Assembly: GCF_001194135.2 (NCBI RefSeq) | Contig: NC_068981.1 | Span: 181,550,884-181,614,883, forward strand | DNA length: 64,000 nucleotides | Reading direction: 5' to 3' | Origin: Octopus bimaculoides | Taxonomy: Eukaryota | Shown here: in pieces, positions 25,263 to 36,976 of the stretch | Layout of the letters: the number at the start of each line of letters is the position of its first letter | Position numbering within the stretch: position 1 is the stretch's first letter | Notes under the pieces: generated by a model | Told to the model about the DNA's origin: nothing | The model's database searches: none | What the model saw: only the letters and a program-made list of their open reading frames with translations | Position numbers and translations under genes: made by a program

Positions 25263-27869
25263 AATAAGTACCAAACTTTAAAAAAATAAGTACTGGGAGC
25301 AATTTATTAAATTAAGCCACAACCCAATAATTAAAATAAGGAAAAGATAATACTTTATTTCGGATAAAGACAAAAATTTCCCATTCATCATACGATTGAC
25401 CAGTTTTCCTATGGAAGAATTTCTTGAAATGACTGAGCAATTTAACAGTAATTAGAAAGATCTTTGTCTAGTTCTTCAGGTCTAAATAGACGGCTTATTA
25501 GTTCAGTTTCGGGATCAATCCACAATTGTAGATATTTTTATTTATGATTTTTAACTTTGTATATTTTGAAAAATGCATTTGGAGTTACTCTTTTACTTGT
25601 TTCAGTCATTTGACAGTGGCTATGCTGGAGCACCGCCTTCATAGTCGAGCAAATCGACTCCAGGACTTATTCTTTGTAAGCCTAGTACTTATTCTATAGG
25701 TCTCTTTTTGCCGAACTGCTAAGTTACGGGGGACGTAAACACACCAGCATCGGTTGTCAAGCGATATTGGGGGGACAAACACAGACATACAAACATATAC
25801 ACCCATACATATATATGTATTCATATATATGACGGGCTTCTTTCAGTTTCTGTCAACCAAATTCACTCGCAAGGCTTTGGCCGGCCTGTGGCTATAGTAG
25901 AAGATACTCGCTCAAGGTGCCACGCAGTGGGACTGAACCCGGAACCATGTGGTACGTAAGCAAGCTATTTACCACACAGCCACTCCTATGCATTTCCTAA
26001 TTACAACTGTATGGTACCTTGAGAAAATGTTTTCTACTATAGCTGTGGGTAACTGAAAGCGTTTAAGTGGATCCGTTGGATTGAACTAAAAGTAAGCCTA
26101 TTTGTGGGTGTGTGTGTGCATGTTTTGTCTTGACATTATACAAAAGTTGTAAACAAGTGCCCTTGTCATACAAGTAGTGTCTATTTCCAGTCTGCCATGA
26201 AAACATGTCCGGCCAAGGGAAACATCCTGTGAACTGGTGAGGATTAGTGACTGGAAGGGCATCTGGCCATAGAAAATCTGTCTCAACAAATTCCGTTTGA
26301 GCGTGAAAAAGTGGATGTTATGGTGATGATCACAATTGAAATGATGACAAAAATTAGGGGCACAAGCACCCGATATGTTACAGCTAAGTCGTGGGCTCAA
26401 TAATAGCTTTCTGAACTGCAGAAAAAAACGTTTATTTGTCTGTTGTTCCTGCATTTGGTCATTGACGACTTTGGTGGATCTGATATCATTGAATAAACAC
26501 CGACCAAGTATAGCAGTTTTAGCCTAGATTTGTGCTATGTCAATGAGAAAATCAGCAAAATTAATATTACAATGAAGAAAAGCACCTACTACACTCTCTG
26601 AGTGGTTGGCGTTAGGAAGGGCATCCAGCTGTAGAAACTCTGCCAAATTTAGATTGGAGCCTGGTGTTGCCATCCGGTTTCACCAGTCCTCAGTCAAATC
26701 GTCTAACCCATGCTAGCATGGAAAGCGGACGTTAAACGATGATGATGATGATGAAATAATTTGCCAAAAATGAAACAACGCAAAGCTGGAAAATATTTCA
26801 ACAAATATAGATATCTTCATCAGGGACAGTCCCAGAAATTGTTTGAAGGGAGGACACAAAGTCCGAAGGAAATACAATTCCAGGAGAAATGGGTGCAATA
26901 ACATTATTTAGAAAGGTGTACATCTTTTGGGTCTGCCCTTGATCCTCATCGCTTAGTCTGCTTTCCATGTTGACATAGAGCTGGCTAGTAGGGAGCTGTT
27001 GAGGCATGGTTCCTATGCTGGCTGGCCCTTCCTAACGCCAGCCACTTAACAGTGTGCAAGATGCTTTTTATGTACCACTGAGATGGGCATGTTTATGCAG
27101 CACTGGCATGGGTGCATCAACGCAGCACCAGCATGAGTTCTTTTTAAGTGCTATATATATTTGTTGAAATACATATTATAGACGATTATGATGAATAATA
27201 ATTTGGGCGTGGTTGCCAACAACACTTGGAGCAACTCAGAAAATCCAACAGCTGCACAATTTTCAGATACACTAATGTGCTATGGTTTCGAATTAGAGTA
27301 AATTCTACCAAAAGTCAGTTTTCATATCTAGAATACGACAGCCAACAAAGAAACACACTATAGTTGTCTTGTTGCAAGTACACAAAAAGTGTCGATCGCC
27401 AACATTATCCAATGCCATTCATTTAGCCACGCAGCAATTTATTTAGACAGATGCACATCACACACATGTGCCACAGGTGCACGTGAAATACATGTGCTAA
27501 AATGAATGTGTTTATGCACATGGAGCGGCGAATTAGCTGAGTGTGAGACCATCGTGTCAAGAATGCCATGCGGCACTTGTTCTGGCTCTCTGCGCTCTGA
27601 GTTCAAATACCTGACTTCCAGCTCTCAGGCATCAATAATTAAAAACCAGTCAAGTGGGATCGGTCCTTCTCTCGGAGTCGGTTATGTAGCGCCGTGAGAA
27701 AGATTCATGGGAGATTGCTCAATGCATTCATTTCTGCAGAAATGGAAATGAGTGGGGGGACAAGTTTGCCAGCTTATGGGAAAACTGGAATAGTTCAAGG
27801 TTGGCTCGATGTGCTGTCATGCAGCATCGTGTGTGCATTAAATGTACACATATGCATATATCGTGTGGT

Positions 27870-27888
27870 GTGTGTTTGTGTGTGTGTG

Positions 27889-27934
<46 letters not shown>

Positions 27935-28130
27935 CACACACATACATACATATACATACATATACACATACATATATATATACATACATATATATACCAT
28001 ACATACAAGTACATATACATATGGTGTGTGTGCATGCATGTATACATATACATATATATATAAGCACACACATTAATTATACATACACACGTGCATTTAC
28101 ACATACACGCACATATCCACATGTATTCAT
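27870..28130. repeat. Compound (TG)n/(TA)n/(CA,TACA)n microsatellite
   Basis: Visible directly; it is the source of several YI/HT-rich spurious ORFs. Confidence 0.95.
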
Positions 28131-28993
28131 TATTATCGTCACAAATCCCTGCTTTCTAATTAATTTGAAAATTAATAATTAGAAGCAGAAAATTGTGACC
28201 TGTAAAAAAAACCAAAAAAAAAAACCAGCAATTACCATATTGCCATAATTTTACAATATTAGCTTCTCTTAGTCTTACAGTATTTTTAAAATTATTTTTG
28301 CAAATAGTCTTGGCTGACCTATTGTGGTCTTCACGGCGGATTTAACCATATTTAGCAATTATTTCTCTCTGGCATTATTGACAGTCTATGTTTATTTTTA
28401 ACCATGTATAATAGCTATAATATATTGATTTGTTATAACTCTACAATACATTAACTACATAAATTACCATTTAAAAAATTAGCTTAATAGTTTGAATATG
28501 ATGAAGCTTCTTTTTCCATTGGGTTTCTGGCATTTCGTTTCTTTCAAAATTAGAACATTTAATAAACCAACGTAGCTACGTAACACAAAAGAAGATTTAA
28601 ATTAAATGGATGATGTAACGAATTTAGGGTTCAGTTAAATACGTCTCAAATTTATATATACATATATAGTTTAGCGGTTTATTACAGGTTGTCATACAAC
28701 CTCAGATCATTACCGTCTGATTAGTCACACACTGCTCAATAATATATATAAATAACCGCTCTATGTGCTCTTTTTCTGATTTAATATATACATATTGTGT
28801 AGACAGAGGGAAAATGCATTAACACAGAAAAGAGTAGTTACAGTATACTGGGAACTGAAAACTTCATTAATGGAAGGTGTGCCACGTAGGGCAAGTGTCT
28901 TCTACTATGGTCAAAGCCTTGTGAGTGGATTTGGTAGACGGAAACTGAAAGAAGCCCGTTGTGTGTGTGTGTGTATATATTAGTTATGCCATA

Positions 28994-29073
28994 TAGGCAT
29001 AGCTTCAGGGTTTTACCCCCCAGACTTTGGGAGGTCCCAAAGTCTGGGGGGTAAAACCCTGTAGTTATGCCTA
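28994..29073. repeat. 80-bp near-perfect palindrome (39-bp arms, 2-nt loop) inserted in a family-A SINE
   Basis: taggcatagcttcagggttttaccccccagactttggga-gg-tcccaaagtctggggggtaaaaccctgtagttatgccta; 2 mismatches. Confidence 0.95.
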
Positions 29074-30581
29074 CCGCACGCGGTTTACCTGTATTTGTGT
29101 GTGTTTGTCACCACCACCATCGCTTGACAACCGATGTTGGTGTGTTTACGCCCCCCGTAACTCAGCGGTTCGGTAAAAGATACCGATAGAATAAGTACTA
29201 GGCTTACATAGAATAAGTCCTGGTGTCGATTTGTTCGACTAAAGGCGGTGCTCCAGCATGGCCGCAGTCAAGCGACTGAAACAAATAAGAGAATACACAC
29301 ACACATACAGTCTTTAAGTCGAAGCATGAAGTCCAAGTTAACTAATTATCAATAAATTTTACTGTACGAAATGTAGAGGCTCGCCACCAGTTTCAACAAG
29401 TTGATCAACAACAAATAGAGCACACACACACACTACACTCGTGTACACAATTCAACTAAGTGCATGAATACGTAACTGTGAGGCTTGGCTGTGAAAAAAA
29501 TAATGGAAGGACTAAGTTTTATGCGAGTACTCGTCGTATTAATAATATATCTGGCTTGTAACATTCGGAAGATAGTACAGTGTTTTGAAAGCCAAGGATA
29601 ATTATGTCGAATTACTGTACTTAATGTGAGGATGAAAAATAAAAAAACTTTATATTATAGATTTTTAAAAATCAAGGTCTTCAAAAGAACAAAATATTTG
29701 AGCAAGAGTTTTCATATATTTGAAGATGTTTTCTTGTTTACAGAAGGTAATGCTGAATGAGTTAAACGAATCACAAAGGTAATACTGAATAAATTAAATA
29801 TAATTTGACGGTTAGTAATTAAAAAATTAAAATAATGATCGGCATTTATTAGTAGTATCTTCACAGTTAAGACGAAACAAACAAACCGTGCTTTGATTTA
29901 AATTGCTTCAGAAGAGAATAAATATACTGCTAAAGCTGATGTCTTAAAGACTTCGACAGTCATCTAGGTACAGATTTTATTTCTGAACAAATAAATGGTG
30001 TTAGACGACAAATGTAATGTAATGTGTTTAGGTGAGGCAGTGGTACAGAAAGGTTACATAAACATCAGTTAAAAAAAATACACCACCTTTAAAAGTCAAC
30101 GCAACTGAATGTTTTTGAACAATTTACAACCTTTTCTTCAGAATCAATGATAATAATAAAAGGTTGTTTTTTTTCCCCACTCCTTTTTTAAATGTTAACA
30201 TTTTCTGTACGGTAAGGCAGGTTGAAAAAACAAAACCTAATTAATTACGGATCAGTAAGTCGTAGTCAACAGAAGCAATATGTCTTACATTATTATAGCT
30301 GTTCTTAATTCTGCCAAGTTGTTTATTTCAAATTGGGATTTCTAAATTACATTTCGGATTCATGTAATAAAACTGCAGTTAAAAATCAAAACGTGTTTTA
30401 TCCCTTTTTCTTTGCTACAAAGATTTTTGGCGTTAAGTTGTAGGATTAAATTCAGTAAAATATTAATAGAAAAACAAAATCAAAGCGTGAAGCATTTAAT
30501 GTTTAAAAGGTAGAACAAAATACAATATTTGGTTAGTATTAAGCACAAGAAAATATTTAGAAATGAGGAGAAATAACTCAC

Positions 30582-30710
30582 TGTTTGGAAGTTTAAAGGG
30601 AATTTCCTGCCATAATAAGTTGACGACTGCTGTAACACACGGCCGAGCACGTGGTAAATGAAATGGAGCCGCTGAACAGGAATCGTCCCACTTTTCGGCA
30701 GTCACAAAAA
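30582..30710 (-). promoter_or_regulatory. Candidate non-coding first exon / promoter of TEX10
   Basis: CpG-rich non-repetitive segment with a CACGTG E-box, ending in a consensus donor ACA|gtgagt at 30581. The TEX10 ATG exon has an upstream acceptor, so a 5' UTR exon must exist. Confidence 0.35.
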
Positions 30711-33199
30711 AGCTGTCACAGCCTGGTTTACAAATACGTAACAGGTTATCTTTTGGGCCTGTTTAATAACAGACTATTAAAGGAGTATTGCGATAGCATT
30801 CATGTTTATTATCAAGTGTATTAGCTGCACAAGTAATAAAATGACAAAAATAACAAAAAAAACTAAAACGATCGGTCTTGGACGTTTTTTGGTAGCAAGT
30901 ACTTTTCTGTTTGAAAAAGAACTTAACAGGATGTCTAGTCGTAAAAAACATTGATGAGTTCATAAGGGGAGACGAAGACGATAAAACTATGTAACATTAA
31001 TTCTCCGTCTACGAAAAGGTGTCAGGGAAAGGAAGTAGCTACGACTGCGAAATTCTTGTTGCAGTTTCCGTAAAGTGGCGGATGATGTGCAGGAGTGAGG
31101 TTACATATATGTTGATATTATTCTATAGAAATGTTTATTTACTCGCTCCATATAGACGAATGCTTTATAATTTATCTTTACTTTTGCAGATATTCGTTTT
31201 ATTTACCTTTCCTTCGTAGCAAAACAAAGCTGGCACAACATCAGAGACTTGTGATTTAAATATATTTCAAATGGTTAATACTTATGTCTTCTTTTATATA
31301 CAGCTACATTTTTTTTAATCCGCTTTTAGAATGAGATGCTTTTTCTTTTTTTATTTCTATGTTAAGGGAGGAAGGGCAGTGCCCTTAACCTTTGCATACC
31401 CTCAGAAAGCGGTGAAATTGTTGTGACCGATGTCCAGTCTGAACATCTGTTGAAAAATCGTGACTGAGGTCTGGTCTGAATGAACTCCGTTAAAGGCATC
31501 CAAGTATCCTGGTGTTGATTAACCCCAGGTCAACCTTGATCGACCAGGCTTATGATCAAAGACACTCCAACTGCGACCATTCCATCGCTTTAGAAGATTC
31601 TTAGTACATGATCCGTGTCTCTCCTTTTTCTTTATTTTTCTAAAACAGGATGTGACCTGAGATAGATTCGGTTGCTATTTCTGGGAGTTAGTTCGACCAT
31701 ATAAAATCATCTTCTACAAATATAATCCCAATTGACTTCATGTCTCTTACTGAACCCCACGATTCGGATATCATAACATTATAAACACACTTACAGCTAA
31801 TAAAAAGCAATAAAAAGTGGCGACCTATCGAGCCTGCTTCCCATAGGAAATTTTTAAAAATTATATCACGATGTGTTTTTTTTATCATGAACACTCACAG
31901 ACAGTTTGCCTCCACAGGACCGAGAGCCCTTACTGTCCTAGGCCGGCGAAAAAATTACTCTTGAGGGAAATTAATAATTGTTGCGCAAATAAATCCGAAG
32001 ATCTTGTCTCAGGTGACGCAACGGTAATAATATCCCTGAACTAGATATATAGTTCAAGTAATAAACAAATAAAAATGTCAGCTGCTATTGTCCGCCCACA
32101 TATAAATATTTATTTCTCATATCATTACACAAGACAAACATGATTGGAACGAGATTTACGCGTAATAAAAAAATATATGCATATTCTTTCAATTTTACCT
32201 ATGGCCTTCGCTTGATTTAAATATCACGATCCAGATAGATGGATCGCTACTGTGATGGTGATTCCATGTCCTGGGAAGAAACAAAACAGAGCCGACTCTG
32301 CCAGAGTTTGAACTCCCAACATTGAAGAGACGTAACTAATTATTGCTTTACTGTTGTCCACTGGTTTCTTGGATATCCCGAAAATGACAGTCCAAATCCA
32401 GCGCGCAAAATAAGAAAAAAACTGAAACACGAAGTTACTGAGTTAGAAAATAAAAGGGCATTCCATCCACGATCATTCAATATATATCTCATTTAACACA
32501 CACACAATTTTATAATTAACAGAAATTGAGCTAAAATTTGACAGCTGATTTAATTACTTAAGTCTGTTATCTTCCAGATACCCTATTTACTTCTGGCTAT
32601 TCCTTTTAAAGGGGAATACGGGATCTGAAGGGGATTTAAAAACATACATGCTTACTGCTGATGATCAAAACCGGGTTGCAGATTTACTTTACCGGAAATT
32701 TGCTCATCTTCAATCGTCTCATGATATTAAGGGGTCGTTAGCCCTGCCCCCGGAATTGCCTGCCTTGTGCCAAAATCTGAAAACAATATTGTTGTTTTTA
32801 AGGCGGCGAGCTGGTATTTCGTCTGCCTCTACGTTCTTAGTTCAAATTCCGCCGAGGTCGACTTTGCCTTTCATCCTTTCGGGGTCGATTAAATAAGTAC
32901 CAGTTGAACACTGGGATCGATATAATCGACTTAATCCGTTTGTCGTCTGTCCTTGTTTGTCTCCTCTTTGTGTAGCCCCTTGTGGGCAGTAAAGAAATAA
33001 GAATCGAGAGCACCCCGGACAAAATGTTTAGCAGCATTTCGTCTGTCTTTACGTTTTGAGTTCAAATTCCGTCGAGATCGACTTTGCTTTCATCCTTATG
33101 GGGTCGATCAAATAAGTATCAGTTGAGCACTGGGGGCGGTGTAATCGACTTACCCTTTCCCCGAAATTGCTGTACTTGTACCAAAATTTGAAACCGATA

Positions 33200-33705
33200 T
33201 TGAGGTTTTTTCTCGTCTGGACGCAAGTCCTCACTTTAAGAGTTTGATTACTCTCAGTCCCTGGGTAAGAGGTAGCTACATCATCTGGGACACCACGGTC
33301 TGTGACTCTTTTGCTCCCTCCCACATTCTGGATGCGGCGGTAAATGGGAGGGTCACTGGTTCCGTAACTGAACGGAACAAAACCCTGAAGTATGGCAGTG
33401 AACTATTTCTTCCAACCTGTGGCGTTTGAGATGTTTGGAGGGACTGGGCCACTAACGACGAAGTTCTTGTCATCGTTGGCAGCTCGCCTCACCGAGGTGT
33501 CAGGTGATGCCCGTGAGGGTGCTTGGCTTTTCCAACGCCTTAGGCTCGCAATCGCCCGTGCTAGTGTTGGCTTGCTTCAGTAGGTCCCGTTGAACCTTGT
33601 GGTGTGAGACCAATGGAAGCACTTGATGCTGCATTGATGATTTTTTTCTTTTTTTCCTCCCGCTTTTCCTTCTTTTTTCCTTTATCTTCTTTTTGTAAAA
33701 TATAT
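33200..33705 (+). mobile_element. 3' fragment of a CRE-clade (RLE) non-LTR retrotransposon
   Basis: PWVRGSYIIWDTTVCDSFAPSH...ERNKTLKY...FQPVAFEMFG...DAREGAWLFQRLRLAIAR with a T-rich 3' UTR; homologous to 37084-37620. Confidence 0.8.
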
Positions 33706-36329
33706 GCCTTTTATTCTTTTATTTGTTTCAGTCATTTGACTGCGGCCATGCTGGAGCACCGCCTTTAGTCGAACAAATCGACCCCAGGACTTATTCTTTG
33801 TAAGCCTAGTACTTATTCTATCGGTCACTTTTGCGGAACCGCTAAGTTACGGGGACATAAACACACCAACATCAGTTGTCAAGCGATGGTGGAGGGGACA
33901 AACACAGACACATAAACACACACACACACATATCGTGAGAATCAAATATTGATCGCTTCGTTAAAATCTGCAGGTGGTATTTCCCTTGGGTTGTTTAAAT
34001 AAAATATTCGTAATATGTAGTAGATAGNNNNNNNNNNGCCTTTAGTCGAACAAATCGACCCCAGGACTTATTCTTTGTAAGCCTAGTACTTATTCTATCG
34101 GTCACTTTTGCGGAACCGCTAAGTTACGGGGACATAAACACACCAACATCAGTTGTCAAGCGATGGTGGAGGGGACAAACAAGGACAGACAAACGTAAAG
34201 TAGCTGCGGGCTGGACACGGACATTAATGAGATGAGGATGATAACAAAAGGTGAATAAAAATGAGAGAGGCACCGACGCCCGCCGATCGATAACCCCGCG
34301 AAAACCTACTTACCACACAGCCACTCCTGCGTTCATATTCTGAATAAAACTTTGCCTATTGCTATTGTTGATTTTGAGAAGTCCCGAGTAGACCTTGTAA
34401 TCGAAGGCATTGCAACTGTCAACACCCTGTTTGTGTATCTAGGACTACATTATCCAACGAGTTCCCTTTTTTTTAAAGATGGTAGGACAGGTTGTTCTCA
34501 GTCATGTCCACTGACGTACTGATGTCAAATAAAAAAAAATTGCTGGCCATTTCAAGATGTAAGGAAAATATAAAAAAAAAACTGTTGCTTAACTCATTTT
34601 ATTAATCGTACTCATTGACTTTGCAGTCGGATTGAAGCATAAGCTAGATCTCGCGGGTCATATAGGGAACACTTATTCCTAAAATACAAAAAAAATAAGT
34701 AAAAATTCATAATGTGAGGCAAAGTAAATGGATAAACGTTTCAATATACAATAAAAAAAAAATGGCGGCGAGCTGGCGGAAAGGTTAGCACACCGGGCGA
34801 AATACTTGGCGGTATTTCATCTGTCTTTACGTTCTGAGTTCAAATTCCGCCGAGGTCGACTTTGCTTTTCATCCTTTCAGGGTTGCGTACTGAGGTCGAT
34901 CTAATCGTCTGGCTCCCTCCTCCAAAATTTCGGACCTTGTGCCTCGAGTAGAAAAGAATATACAATAAAATATTTGAAAAAAGGGAAAGATAATGGGAGA
35001 GTTAGCAAAAGTTTGTAGAAATCAGTGGGAAAGACTGATCCACTAGATATATAATGGAGCTAAACATTGCTGTCGGCCAGATCCGGCTCGTGGGCCGCAT
35101 GTTTGACTCCTCAATATTTCAATCCAATTCAGCTAGTACTTACGATTATATCTGCAGTTACTTTGAGCAAAGCATAGCTATTAACTGCTTGAGTATCATT
35201 AAAAACTAACAGAAGAGAAAGACAATTAGCAAATAAGGGAAATGATTTTCTTCTAATTGAAGGTCTTCTTCATTGTATTCAACTTCGTCCTGTCTTTGGT
35301 GAGAATTTGAAGTTTACTGAAAGCACATTTAATATAACCGGGGAACTTTAGCTGCCCAGCATGGTCTCATTTAAAAAACAATGGATTTAAGCAATTGTTT
35401 GCCATTTGTAAATGAATAAATAATACTTCTAGTTTTCGTGTAAGAAAATACTTTCACATTTTGTTCAGGAAAACACCTTCACTCTTAACAAAGTAAACAC
35501 TACTTTCATGGAAATCCGGAAACGAAAAAGTGCTGCCCACTTCATTGAGGTTGTGATGAAGTTATGATGAAGTTTATATNNNNNNNNNNNNNNNNNNNNN
35601 NNNNNNNNNNNNNNNNNNNNNNNNNNNNNNNNNNNNNNNNNNNNNNNNNNNNNNNNNNNNNNNNNNNNNNNNNNNNNNNNNNNNNNNNNNNNNNNNNNNN
35701 NNNNNNNNNNNNNNNNNNNNNNNNNNNNNNNNNNNNNNNNNNNNNNNNNNNNNNNNNNNNNNNNNNNNNNNNNNNNNNNNNNNNNNNNNNNNNNNNNNNN
35801 NNNNNNNNNNNNNNNNNNNNNNNNNNNNNNNNNNNNNNNNNNNNNNNNNNNNNNNNNNNNNNNNNNNNNNNNNNNNNNNNNNNNNNNNNNNNNNNNNNNN
35901 NNNNNNNNNNNNNNNNNNNNNNNNNNNNNNNNNNNNNNNNNNNNNNNNNNNNNNNNNNNNNNNNNNNNNNNNNNNNNNNNNNNNNNNNNNNNNNNNNNNN
36001 NNNNNNNNNNNNNNNNNNNNNNNNNNNNNNNNNNNNNNNNNNNNNNNNNNNNNNNNNNNNNNNNNNNNNNNNNNNNNNNNNNNNNNNNNNNNNNNNNNNN
36101 NNNNNNNNNNNNNNNNATATACATACATAAAACATGTATCTATTGTCATGGAGAAAGTGTAAATGTAAAAATGCAGAACTATCGGAGTAATGGGCATTCA
36201 AAAAAGTATGTATGTATAGAAATGTATGAATGAAGTCTTTAATGTTTAAAATTCAAATTAAGGAAGTGCAATAATAATGTTTAGCATTTCAAAACTGTGA
36301 GTAGTGAAATGCATAATTAGGTCGGCTGA

Positions 36330-36894
36330 TCGTGAGAATCAAATATTGATCGCTTCGTTAAAATCTGCAGGTGGTATTTCCCTTGGGTTGTTTAAACAGA
36401 ATATTGGTAATATGTAGTACATAGAAAGATCCATTGGAAGAGCCCTATTATCGATTTTTTTCAACAATCTAAGTATGTCACGAGGTTTCCAGACATGAGT
36501 TCTACTTACGTGTCAAATAAAGTAAAAAAGTAATATTGTATGCAAAAATTAGAAATAGGGCACACAAAAAATTAATATTTAAAGTAATCGAACATAAACA
36601 ATGAAATAGGTTATTTCCCTTGAGAGTTTTAAAAAAATATTGTCCATATGCTATGGGTTATTTCTCTTGGGTGCATAAAAAAATAGTTATATGAGGTAGA
36701 TATAAAGGTCCCTTCCAGGGGCCGTATTATCGATTTTCTCAACAAGCTAAGTATGTCACGAGGTTTTCCAGACATGAGTTCCACTCACGTTTCAAGTTTC
36801 ATCAAAATTAGTAAAACGACGTAGGACGAGTTAGCTAACAACGCCACAAACAAACAGACACCGATTTTCCACATATGTATATATATATATATTA

Positions 36895-36900
<6 letters not shown>
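36330..36900 (+). mobile_element. Probable Helentron/DINE-like non-autonomous element with internal direct repeat
   Basis: Internal repeat attatcgattt...aagtatgtcacgagg..ccagacatgagtt occurs twice; ends caagtttcatcaaaa...acaaacaaacagacaccgatttt followed by (TA)n. Confidence 0.4.
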
Positions 36901-36945
<45 letters not shown>

Positions 36946-36976
36946 ATATATAAAACCAGGTACAGGCAACCTTTTT

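Noticed and set aside
25380-25530. Coding-looking peptide QLWIDPETELISRLFRPEELDKDLSNYC on the minus strand
   Set aside because: In-frame stop just upstream, no acceptor, no recognisable family.
26785-26835. Minus-strand CTGATGA-A...GAAATATT hammerhead-like remnant
   Set aside because: Stem II cannot close and stem I is absent; at best a decayed relic.
27694-28182. YI/HT-rich ORFs (also 55013-55372, 63450-63701)
   Set aside because: Translations of (TA)n, (CA)n and (ATT)n microsatellites.
33756-34180. Identical SINE segment on both sides of the 10-N gap, plus 33915-34027 near-duplicating 36331-36425
   Set aside because: The pattern abuts a gap and is typical of contig-overlap or haplotype misassembly; not treated as biology.
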